Of a stretch of 64,000 nucleotides of DNA, positions 43,728 to 56,900 are shown piece by piece (position 1 is the first letter of the stretch; each line of letters begins with the position of its first letter). The stretch comes from Octopus sinensis. Lineage: Eukaryota. A model generated the notes under the pieces. The model saw only the letters and a list, made by a program, of their open reading frames with translations, was not told the origin of the DNA and ran no database searches. The stretch lies in assembly GCF_006345805.1 (NCBI RefSeq), contig NC_043003.1, positions 19,344,001 through 19,408,000 of the forward strand, read 5' to 3'. The position numbers and the translations under genes are program-made.

Positions 43728-46700
43728 GTAAGCAACATTAAGGATTAATTTTATTCGAAATTAAAGAAGCGTGGTGTTGTTCTCACACAAATTTTGGGAT
43801 CTTATAAAAATGAATATATGTTGTTTGTCCACTATGTGTATTATATTTTAGCATGTGTGTGCGTATTTTGTTTTAATTTGGTTATAATTATCTTTCAAAG
43901 TAACGTGTTCCTTTTTATTTTATAATTAAGAAGAATATTATTAACTATCTCTTATCAACATTTCCTCAAATGTAGCATCGGAAATTTAATATTATACATA
44001 TATATATTGTTTTCAAACAGGCCTATACATAATATATAGTTTTCATTTTTTGTGTTTTAAACATAGTTTGCTTTTTTTGTTGTCTTATTTTATGACAAAA
44101 ATGAAGTGAAGATGAGATGTTAATGATTTGATAAATAATTAACCAAAATATTCGAACTTAGAGATGGATGTTTATATGCAGTAGTGTCTGCTTTGGTAGT
44201 TTCCGATGTCCTCGGCACTTGCCAGGAATCATTAAACAAATATCGTAGTATGACAGAAACGACCGCGCGCCGAATTAAATCATTTTATATTCCTGTTTTA
44301 TAATAAGAGTTCAAATCCAGTTGAGATCGACTTTTGTCTTACGTTCCTGCCAAGGATTTGGTTAAAGTTGTTGCCGTGCGACAGGGTAACAAATGAATAT
44401 AGAACAGATAACTTTTCCTCTCCAAATAATTAGCCTTGTACTTATTTCTCTTGCGATCCTTCGATATTGGTATATGACGTCATTCACTCACAAAACCTCC
44501 CCTTATAACATAGATAAAGAGGCTAGGCTGAAATACCGGGTGAATAACGTCGTCTCTTCATACCGACACTCTAGACTAGGGGTTCTCAACCATTTTTAGA
44601 CCCCTTTGATTGCTATTTTATTCTAGTAGACCCCCAAATCTACTCGATGTCTAAAAACTAGTCTAGGTTTAACCATGTAAAACATTAGAGAAAGAACCCG
44701 AGTTGTATTTTGCAATACATACATCTAAAGCAACATTTTTTCAGAGGCCCCTTAAAATACTATTGTGTAGCCCTAATTATTTTTCTTGCCTGGACCCTCA
44801 AGGGCCATATGGACCTCAGTTGAGAACCACTGCTCTAGACCAATACCGAAGGAATGCCATTTTCTTACTCGCTGGGTCCGAATGAAGTGTAAGTACTTCA
44901 TGCCCTTGACAGACCCCTCCAGACCTGTGAGGGAAATCCTGGGGGGCTGACGTTCTTGGTGGATAGGGCTGGATGCAATGATTAGTGCTGGGCTGATGGG
45001 TTTGGACATGTAGTTCAGACTTCACTCAATGTCTATCACTTGTTAGCTCCATTCAAAGATGCCTTAATTTGGTTAATTTGTAGGGATCAGCAAGTGAAAG
45101 AAACAGTGCATATGTGGATTATCTTTCAACTGAAAATATTTTTCCTAAGGGCATAAAGAAGTTTGTAAAAAGGGCTTGGTTCATCTTTCAACTGAAAATA
45201 TTTTTTCTAAGGGTATGAAGAAGTTTGTACAAAAGGGCCTATGTCGAGATATTATTTATTCATGCTTTCAAAATCCTTAATTAATGCAGAAGTTCCCAGA
45301 TCTGAATGCTGCTTTTTTAAAAAAAAAACAAACAGTGGAGGAGCTGTGGTTAACATAATAACAAGATACTGGATGAATATTGCAGTAAATTGCCTTTTAA
45401 CGATGTATTTACATTAAATATGATATGCATATGGCTATTTTAACTTAATATTGCTTTGTTTATATTGATTTTTATTTATTGCAATACAAATAAATGTTTT
45501 GTCCCATTTCTTATATATTGGACATGACAAATCTTGTTTAGGCATATAGCTGGCTAGAGTGCATGCTATTGACAAGGCCCAGTGAGACCAAGAAGCATCT
45601 GGCATTTTCATTAGCTGTTGCTGGGCTGATTTTCAATTCCTTCTGAGATATATTGTGTTTCTAAACATAACAAATCTATAAAGAATGTTATCTTGGGATG
45701 AACCCTGCAGTAAATTTGCCTTTCAATAGCTGGCATAATAAAATAGGGGCTCTTATATGCAAATTCAAAACCTTTCCCATAAATAAACTTAAAGGATATA
45801 TATATATATATATTTATATACATATGGTATTTTTTTTTATTTTTTGAAGGAAGAATATTAGTTATGCATCAGCATTTGGAAATGAAGATAGTGGTGATGG
45901 TAAGCTTGAAATTATGTCTTTCTATTTGACCCTACCACATATTTTTGCTTTTGTGTGTTTCTAGCATTAATATGGTGTTATATTGTCCTTGTGCTCCTGT
46001 AGAATATCTTTGTTTTCTAACTGCCTTATTGGTTAAACATAAACGTCTACAAGGATAAAGTACTAGACAAGATAATTAACTATGTGGTAATGATTTCAAA
46101 ATCTTTTTTCATGCCATTCTGTTGTGCTTCACAGAATGCGATATATGTTTGTCTGCCTTCTGTGTTCTTGGAGGAAATGCATTACTGACACTTTCTTATT
46201 TCTTTATTGCCCACAAGAGGCTAAACACAGAGGGGACAAACAAGGACAGACAAACGGATTAAGTCGATTACATCGACCCCAGTGCGTAACTGGTACTTAA
46301 TTTATCGACCCCGAAAGGATGAAAGGCAAAGTCGACCTCAGCGGAATTTGAACTCAGAACATAACGGCAGACGAAATACCGCTAAGCATTTCGCCCGGCG
46401 TACTAACGTTTCTGCCAGCTCGCTGCCTTATCCTTTTTCAAGATAACAGAATGTGATTGAGTATTACTACACTTTCACTAAATAATTGAATGATTGATGA
46501 TAGAATAAGCATTCAGACCATCGTTATCATTATCCTTTAACATCTGTCTTCCGTGCTGGCATGGATGGGTTGAATGGTTCACCAAGTTCAAGGATTGCTT
46601 TGTGTTCAACTGTCTGCTTTAGCTTGGTGTCTATTGCAGGATGTCCTTTCTAACACCAACCACTTAACAGTGTGTACTGGCTGTGTTTCTTCTTTTCTTT

Positions 46701-48287
46701 TTGTGGCATTAACTCAAGCAAGGGCAGTGGCTTTATGCTGGGTATTAATAAAAGGGACAGAAACAGGTTCATTGTTGTATAGAAGATACATGGCTACCCT
46801 GCAAGGATTATTATTAATTTTATTACTATTTTTACTTTTGTAATAAAATGGGTTGAATTAATTTTATACTTTAATACAATTCTATTTTCCAGAAGATTTT
46901 AGACAGACCAAGGCTCCTCCTTCTAAAAGATCTAAACCTACTGCTGAAGAGAAATCTAAAAAATCTAATTCACAATCCAGTTCTTCTGGGGAAGGAAAAT
47001 CCAAACAAAAAAGGTTTGTATTGATTTCTCATTGATATTAATAATATTGTAAAAAGTTGGTAGATATATAGACATGGTAGAGTTGGACTAAATGCCTTGC
47101 TATCTTTGTTCTGATTCTTTACATTCTAAGTTCAAATCCCACCATTTGCTTTTCATCCTTCTGGGGATTGATAAAAACATGGTCTTTAACATGTGGTTTC
47201 AGGTTTGATCCCACTGCATGGCACCTTGGGCAAGTATCTTCTACTATAGCCCCTGGCTTGCCAATATCTTGTGAATGAATTTGGTAGATGGAAACTGAAA
47301 GAAGCTCATCATATATGTGTGTGTGTGTGTCTTTGTGTTTGTCCATGCCCCACCTTACTGCTTGACAACTGCTGCTGGTTTACTCTTTTACTTGTTTCAG
47401 TCATTTGACTGTGGCCATGCTGGAGCACCGCCTTTAGTCGAGCAAATCGACCCCAGGACTTATTCTTTGGAAGCCTAGTACTTAATTTATTGGTCTCTTT
47501 TACCAAACCGCTAAGTTACGGGGATGTAAACACACCAGCATCGGTTGTCAAGCGATGTTGGGAGTGGGGACATACACAGACACACAAATATATATACACA
47601 CACATACATATATTTATATATATATACATACGACAGGCTTTTTTTCAATTTCCGTCTACCAAATCCACTCACAAGGCTTTGGTCGACCCGAGGCTATAGT
47701 AGAAGACACTTGCCCAAGGTGCCACGCAGTGGGACTGAACCCGTAACCATGTAGTTCGTAAGCAAGCTACTTACCACACAGCCACTCCTAACATCTCTAT
47801 AACTTTGTGATTCAACAAAAGAGATCAATAGAATAAGTACCAGACTCTAAAAAAAAAAGTAAGTACTTGTTCATCTAAACCCTTAAAGGTGGTGCTCCAG
47901 CATGGACACAGTCCAATGAGATAAATGGTAACTCTTCAATTATATGAAGTTTTTTTTTTATGTCATAAATCTTAGGAAGAAATTGGATGACAAACTGTTT
48001 GAACGAGAACTTAAGTTGGCAATGGAGATGTCTATGCAGGAAATTGGTACCGGCTTGAAAGAAGAACCTCAGAACAAGGATGCTAGCGATTTTCAAGACA
48101 CCCCAGTGAAGAATTCTGCATCAGAGCGAGTTGAGTCTTTGAAATTATCTCGACATGACATCCATTCACCACCAAAATCTCCTTCCCACGTGGCTCCTCC
48201 ATTATTGCACAAAGAAATTGAAGAATGCATCCCTAAGAATTCTGTTAAACAATCTGCCATGCCTTGTAAGTATAATTTCTATTTAAC

Positions 48288-48332
<45 letters not shown>

Positions 48333-51300
48333 GTGTATAGGTTCCGCTAGGCTCCTCACAGGCAAGGAACACAGGTACAAGATTTTCTGGGCAGGGAACA
48401 CTGACGGGGTCGGGGGCGTGGGTATACTTCTCGCGGAGAAATGGGTAGGTAAGGTAATCGAGGTAGTCAGAGTAAGTGACAGAGTAATTAAAATTAGATT
48501 AGTCCTTCACCATAGGACAGCTACCATCATCTCGGCATATGCCCCTCAACCAGGGCTACCGGAAGGACAAAAAGACCAATTCTATGACACCCTATTGCGG
48601 ACTACCTCATTGACAAATGACAGTGACCTTCTCTTCGTGGCAGGTGATTTCAATGGACATGTTGGACGGCATGTCGGGGGCTTCCATGGCGTTCATGGAG
48701 GCTACGGTTTTGGCTCTCGTAATGAGGAGGGAACCAGGCTGCTGGAGTTCTGCGATGCAAATGACCTTATGGTCTGCAATACCAACTTCAGGAAACCCAC
48801 CTCTCACCTAGTCACCTACCGTTCTGGCAGACACACTAGCCAGATTGACTACATCCTTGCCAGAAAAAGGGAAAGAGGGCTGCTTATAAATGCCAAAACC
48901 TTTCCAGGCGAAGAATGTACTCCTCAACATAGATTAGTAGTTAGCGACTTCAGGATCAGAGCTAAATGGTTGCCCAGAAGAAGACCTGCTTGGAGGAGAA
49001 GGGTCTGGAAGCTTAAAGATCCTGCAAATGGACAGAGATTTAGAGACATACTACTCGAAGCCTTTGACGAAATAGAAGGGGATATAGCTTCACTTAATGT
49101 GGAAGACAGCTGGAGATTCCTACGGGACAATCTGCTGACAGCCACTGACCAGATCTGTGGATGGAGCAAAGTACCATCTCGACCCAGAGTAACATGGTGG
49201 TGGAACACTGTGGTTGACAGGGCTATTAGACAAAAGAGACAGGCTTGGAAGGACTGGAAGAACGGTGGTAGCAGGGAATTGTATCAGACAGTCAGAAGGG
49301 AAGCTAGGAGACAGGTTTATTTAGCCAGAGGGGAAGCGGATAAGAAAAAATTTGCCAATGTTCTGAGCCGTGAGGATGAAAGACTTGAGGTATTTCGTGT
49401 TGCAAGACAGTGTGTGAGAGAGAATCGTGATGTGGTAGGAGAGAAGTGTGTTCGCATGGATGATGGTTCACTTGCGCTAAATGAGGATGCAAAGAGAGAG
49501 GTTTGGAGATGCCACTATGAAAGGTTGCTGAATAAAGAAAATGAATGGATAAGAGAGTCTGCCGAATGTTGACCCAACAGAGGGACCAGCTATCCGAGTT
49601 GATAGCTCCGTGGTCGCTAAGGCAATTAGAAGCATGAAGACAGGGAAGCCCCAGGCCCATCAGGAATTACTGCAGAGATGCTCAAAATATCTGGCAGTGT
49701 CGGCTATAACCTAGTCACCCGTATAGTCAACCAGGTGATACACGAAGGAGTCATACCCAATGACTGGTGTAGCAGCATACTAGTCAACTGCTACAAAGGT
49801 AAAGGTGATGCCCTAGATACAAATAATTACAGAGGTATCAAGCTGTTGGATCAGGTAATGAAGGTTACGGAGAGGGTCATAGCCCAACTAATTAGAGAGA
49901 GAGTTAGTTTAGATGAGATGCAGTTTGGGTTCGTGCCAGGGAAAAGCACCACTGATGCTATATTCCTGGTAAGGCAGCTGCAGGAGAAATACCTAGCCAA
50001 AGATAAGCCCCTGTACCTGGCTTTCGTTGACATGGAGAAAGCCTTTGATAGGGTCCCCTGATCCCTCATCTGGTGGTCAATGAGGAAACTAGGATAGATG
50101 AATGGCTGGTGAGGGCTGTGCAAGCCATGTACAGAGATGCTGTAAGTAAGGTTAGGGTTGGCAACATGTACACAGAAGAATTCAAAGTAGAGGTTGGGGT
50201 CCACCAGGGTTCAGTTCTCAGCCCCCTCCTATTTATCATAGTCCTCCAGGCAATTGTGGAGGAATTCAGACAGGTTGCCCCTGGGAGCTCCTCTATGCGA
50301 CGACCTCGCTCTAATTGCTGAGTCACTATCAGAACTGGAGGAGAAGTTCCAGGTGTGGAAGGAGGGTCTAGAATCGAGGGGCCTTAGAGTCAACCTAGCT
50401 AAAACCAAAGTACTAATAAGTAGAAAGGTAGACAATCCACAAATATCCTCAGGAAGATGGCCCTGCTCGATCTGTAGAAAAGGTGTAGGTAGAACTCTAT
50501 AAGATGTACCCAGTGTAAGCTATGGACACATAAGAGGTGCAGCAATGTCAAAGGTAGGCTAACTGGGAAGATAGTTTTTGTATGTGGCAGATGCTCGGGA
50601 GCATTGACCTCCGAAAATCTGCAGAAAACAACTTCCATCACTTTCCGGGGGGAAAAACTAGAAGTAGTTGATAGCTTCCGCTATCTAGGTGACCAAGTCA
50701 GTAGTAGGGCTGGGTGCGCTGAAAGTGTAACTGCTAGAATAAGAATAGCCTGGGCAAAGTTTAGGGAGCTCTTACCTCTGCTGGTGACTAAAGGCCTCTC
50801 GCTCAGAGTAAAAGGCAGACTGTATGATGCATGTGTACGAACAGCTATGCTACATGGCAGTGAAACATGGGCCGTGACTGCTGAGGACATGCGTAAGCTC
50901 GTGAGGAATGAAGCCAGTATGCTCCGATGGATGTGTAATGTCAGTGTACTTACTCGACAGAGCGTTAGTACCTTGAGAGAAATGTTGTACCTAAGAAGCA
51001 TCAGTTGTGGTGTGCAAGAGAGACGATTGCGCTGGTATGGTCATGTGGCGAGAATGGATGAAGATAGGTGTGTGAGAAAGTGCCAATCCCTAGCAGTTGA
51101 GGGAACCCGTGGAAGAGGTAGACCCAGGAAAACCTGGGACGAGGTGGTGAAGCACGACCTTCGGACGTTAGGTCTCACCATGGAAATGACTAGAGACCGA
51201 GACCTATGGAAGTATGCTGTGCGTGAGAAGACCCGGCAAGACTAGTGAAGCCATAACCCGTGGCCCCTACCTGGCACGTAGTCAGTCCACCTGTGCATAC

Positions 51301-51886
51301 CTTCCTTCTTGTGACACTTGTGAAGACCTGTTGAGGCAAGTGAAAATCAAATCAAACCAAATCAAAATAGATGAACATCAATGGAATTTGTATCCTTGTG
51401 GTACCAGTGCCGGTGGCACATAAGAAAACCATCCGAACGTGACCGTAGCCAGTACCGCATCGACTGGCCTCCGTGCTGAGGGCACGTAACAAACACCATC
51501 CGAGCGTGGCCGTTCGCCAGCCTCGTCTGGCACCTGTGTCGGTGACACATAAGAAAACACCATCCGAGCGTGGTCGTCTGCCAGCCTCGTCTGGCACCTG
51601 TGTCGGTGGCACATAAAAAACACCATCCGAGCGTGGCCGTCTGCCAGCCTCGTCTGGCACTTGTGTCGGTGGCACATAAAATCACCCACTACACTCTCAG
51701 AGTGGTTGGCGTTAGGAAGGGCATCCAGCTGTAGAAACACTGCCAGATCTGACTGGCCTGGTGCAGCGTTCGGTCTTGCCAGACCCCAGTTGAACCGTCC
51801 AACCCATGCTAGCATGGAAAGCGGACGTTAAACGATGATGATGATGATGATGATATATGTGTGTGTGTGTCTATATATATATATAT

Positions 51887-51918
<32 letters not shown>

Positions 51919-53484
51919 ATATATATGCATATACATATATATCAGTATCCCCTGATACCAGTACCCTCTGACTGGCTCCCAATGTTGGTGGCACTATCCG
52001 AACATGATCGATGCCAGGACTGCCAGACTGGCACCTGTGCTGGTGGCACGTAAAAAGCACCATCCAAACATGGCCGATGCCAGTAACCCCTGACTGGTCC
52101 CCGTGCTGGTGGCATGTAAAAAGCACTATTCGGACGTGATTGATGCCAGGCCTGTCTTACTGGCTCCTGTGCTGGTGGCACATAAAAAGCATCCACTACA
52201 TTCTTGGAATGGTTGTCGTTAGGAAGGGCATCCAGCTGTAGAAACATTGCCAGATCAGATTGTAGCTTGGTGCAGCCACCTGCTCTCAAGACCTTAGTCA
52301 AACTGTCCAACCCATGCCAGCATAGAAAACGGATGTTAAATGATGGTGATGATGACTTTTGATACTAGTGGGTGCAAATGTTTCACTTTCCAACCTCATA
52401 GTTTCGTGTTCAATCCCACTGTGTAGCAGCTTAGGCAAGTGTTTTCTACTACAGCCCCAAGCTAACCAAAGCCTCAGGAGTAGATTTGCTAAATAAAAAC
52501 TGGAAGAAGCCCATTGTATGTGTGGCCTGCACCAACCAAAGCCTTGGGAATGGATTTGGTCAACAGAAACTGATAGAAGCCTGTCATATATATATATATA
52601 AATAAGGATAAGATCGATATTTAAATACCAATCTTATCAGGTGGCCAGCATGGAAATAAAAACCTTCAAAGGTAATAGTTATTTAAAATTATAATTTGGG
52701 GTATCTAAGAGATAGCACCACGCTGGAATTAGCAGTCAAAACTTGACTCTAAAACCACATTAAATGTGGTTTTTTAGAGTCAAGTTTTGACTGCTACTTC
52801 CAGCATGGTGGTATCTCTTAAATACCCTAAATTATAATTTATATATATATCATCATCATCGTTTAACATCCACCTTCCACGCCTTTCACCCCTTCGGGGT
52901 CAATAAAATAAGCACTTGATTCGATGTAATTGACTTACCCCCTCCCCTGAACCTGCTGGTCTTGTGCCAGAATTTGGAACCAATAATTCAGCACCTTAAA
53001 TTTCGTGTTCCTTGTATTTCATCTCATTTACAATACACACTTAAAAATGTTTTGTTCCCTTTCATTTGTCTTTACTCATCATTTTCTTCTTTATCTTTTT
53101 TTTTTCTGCAGCTCTTCCTCGTGCCCCAGCTATGAGGGGTCCATCTGATGAAATAGAATATCTAGGTACAGTTACTGATGAAGAAGAATCAAAAAACAGT
53201 GTCCGGCTTCGGAGAACATCAGGTCGAACAGCGCGGAAAAAAATTCAGATAGAACCAGACTCCAGTGAAGACGAAGCAAATTCTGATTTTCAAGAAGAGG
53301 AAGAAGAAGATGGTAAATTTAACATTAATGTTTCTCAGTCTCCTTTTTCAATATGTTTACATCACAATTTCTATATTACTCTTGCAACATGGAGCCTGGT
53401 GCAGCCATCTGGTTCGCTAGTCCTCAGTCAAATCATCCAACCCATGCTAGCATGGAAAGCGGACGTTAAACGATGATGATGATG

Positions 53485-53518
<34 letters not shown>

Positions 53519-53874
53519 AAAAATGATGGGATTCTTTTAGTTTCGATCAATCAAATTCATTCACAAAGCTTAGAGGTCAAGCAATGGCTTTAGTAGATAA
53601 CACTCTGGGTGGTGCACAGTAGGACTGAATCCAAAACTGTGGTTGGTATGTAAGCTTCTTAACTTGGGCAAATGTCTTCTACTACAGCCCTGGGGCTGAC
53701 TCCTACCTTGTGAGCAAATTTGTTAGCTGGAAACATAGATGGATGACTAAAGAAATATATTATCTTTTGTTTTCTGTTTCCCTTATTTCAGTCATGGGAC
53801 CGCTGCTGTGCTTGGGCGCCATCTTGCATGGTTTAGTTGAACAAATCAACCCTAGTACTTAATTAAGACACATG

Positions 53875-53906
<32 letters not shown>

Positions 53907-56900
53907 CATGATGGGCTTCCACACAGTTTCCAGCTAACAAATTTGCTCACAAGGTAGGAGTCAGCCCCAGGGCTGTAGTAGAAGACATTTGCCCAAGTTA
54001 AGAAGCTTACATACCAACAACAGTTTTGGATTCAGTCCTGCTGTGCACCACCCAGAGTGTTATCTACTAAAGCCATTGCTTGACCTCTAACCTTTGTGAA
54101 TGGATTTGATTGATAGAAACTAAAAGAATTCCATCATTTTATATATATATATATATATCATCATCATCATCGTTTAACGTCCGCTTTCCATGCTAGCATG
54201 GGTTGGATGATTTGACTGAGGACTGGCGAACCAGATGGCTGCACCAGGCTCCAATTTGATCTGGCAGAATTTCTACAACTGGATGCCCTTCCTAACACCA
54301 ACCACTCCGAGAGTTTAGTGGGTGCTTTTACGTGCCACTGGCACGAGGGCCAGTCAGTCGGTACTGGCAATGGCCATGCTCAAAAGGTGTTTTTTACGTG
54401 CCACCTGCACATGAGCCGATCCAATGCCATTGGCAAGGACCTCGCTCGAATGTTTTTTCATGTGCCACCAGCACAAGTGCCAGTAAGGCGACGCTGGTAA
54501 TGATCACGCTTGAATGGTGCTTTTTACATGCCACCAGCTATATATATATATATAGTATATACAGTAGTCCTTTACCATATTGCAGTTTATTATTCAAGCT
54601 TGCATCTATTCCTCCATGGTGTTGTTTTGCATTTATGATAAACTAGATATATACAAATTATAAAAGACAGTTTATTTCACATTGCTCCAGTTCACTCAGC
54701 TGTAGAAATGAGTTGTGATGCCACTGGTGTCAAGCTGTATCGACGTTTGTCTTTCCCTTGGATAACATCAGTGGAGTGGAGAGGGGAGGCTGGTATGCAT
54801 GGGCGACTGCTGGTTTTCCATAAACAACCTTGTCTGGACTTTGTGCCTCGGAGGGTAACTTTCTAGATGCAAACACATGGTTATACATGATGAATGGGGC
54901 CTTCACCATTTATATATATATACATATACACACAATAACTTCTGTCGGTTTCCATCTATCAGATTTACTCACAAGGTTTTGTTCAGTCTGGGCTGTTGCT
55001 AAAGACACTTCCTAAGGTGCTGTACAATGGAACTGAACCCAAGACCACATGGTTGGGAAGCAAGCTTCTTAACAACACAGCCACATCTGTGCCTATCCAC
55101 ACAGCTATTCCTACAGACACAATACACATTTTCTCTTTCTTTTTTAAGACTTTAGTTTATTTACATGTCCAAATTTATTCCCTGTTTTTCCTTTTTCTTT
55201 TATTTGTGCCTCTCCAGAAAGTGATGAAGAATTCGAAGAAGACTGTGACTATGGCAAGAAATCTACGAAAAGAAATAAGAAAACAGCAAAAAATACAAAG
55301 ACAAAAAAAGATATAAATAGTGTAAATAAGAAGTCAACAACAGGTATGAGTTTCATGGCTGTTATATATTAACACCACTGCTATCATCATTATTATTATT
55401 ATTAAGGCGGCAAGCTGGCACAAACGTTAGCATGCTGGGCGAAATGCTTAGCGGTATTTTGTCTGTCTTTACGTTCTGAGTTCAAATGCACTGGGGTCGA
55501 TATAATCGACTTAATCTCTTTGTCTGTCCTTGTTTGCCCTCTCTGTGTTTAGCCCCTTGTGGGTAGTAAAGAAATAGGTATTTCATCTGTCTTCACGTTC
55601 TGAGTTCAAATGCCACTGGGGTCAACTTTACCTTTCGTCCTTTTGGGGTCGATAAATTAAGTACCAGTTATGCACTGGGGTTGATATAATCGACTTAATC
55701 TGTTTGTCTGTCCTTGTTTGCCCTCTCTGTGTTTAGCCCCTTGTGGGTAGTAAAGAAATAGGTATTTCATCTGTCCTCACGTTCTGAGTTCAAATGCCAC
55801 TGGGGACAACTTTGTCTTTCGTCCTTTTGTGGGGTTGATAAATAAAGTACCAGTTATGCACTGGGGTCGATGTAATCGACTATCCCCTTGCTCCAAATTT
55901 CAGGCCTTGTGCCTATAGTAGAAAGGATAATTATTGTTGTTGTCATTGTCTTATAGAAAGCGGACGTTAAACAATGATGATGATGACGACAACGATGGTG
56001 TTGTTGCTGCCACTACTGCAATGGTTGCTGCTGCTAAGTCAGCAAGTTGGTAGAAATGTTACTGCACAGGAGAAACTGCTTAGCTAAAGTTCCAACAATT
56101 TTGCCAATCAATAAGTTTTAGATGTTTTACAACCATTTCTTTTTCATATTTATATGAGTGGATAGTAATACGGACACTTGCCTCAGGTACTATACAGTAC
56201 CTTGGGCAAGTGTCTTCTCTAACCTCTGGCCAACCAAAGCTTTTTGAGTGGATTTAGCAGATGGAACCCGAAAGGAGCCTGTTTTATGTGTGTGTATAGG
56301 AAACTGACAGGATCCTGTTTTAGGCGTGTGTTTGTGTCTTCTTGTTTTGACATCACATGTTAGTTGTAAATGAGCATTATACAAATGGTTTTATTCATTC
56401 CCAATCTTCTGTGACAACATGTCTGACCATAAGGAAATATTACCTTGCTTGGAAACAGGTGAGAATTGGTGACAAGAAGATTATCCAGCAGTAGAAAATC
56501 TGCCTCAATGAATTCCATTTGACACTTGCAAGCACAGAAAAATGAAAATCAATAACATCAATTTTCACCATTCTAGATGGACCTGTGAAGGGAATGTGTA
56601 CTTCTCCTTCCTGTGATGGTGATGATGGTGGTGATCTAATCCTTTACTCTACTATTTCAGCCAGATTCACCACTGCCCCTTGTATAAATGATGGTAATTA
56701 TCACTGCTTATTATCATTGATTGAGGTCAGTTGAATTATATAAAATTTGTTTCATTTCTGTTTCAGCAAAACGAAAACAAACTGTCAATAAATCTCCATC
56801 GTCGTCCAAAAGAGGAAATCCAGACAATAGTAAAAGTACACCTTCGGAACCTTCAAGTTCAGTAGAGTCCCATAAGAGTACGAACACAGATACGACCAAA

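Noticed and set aside
44393-44960. ORF with a hydrophobic N-terminus that extends to ~97 aa if the Charlie MITE is removed
   Set aside because: No recognisable homology, lies in RAD51AP1 intron 1, and its length is within chance expectation.
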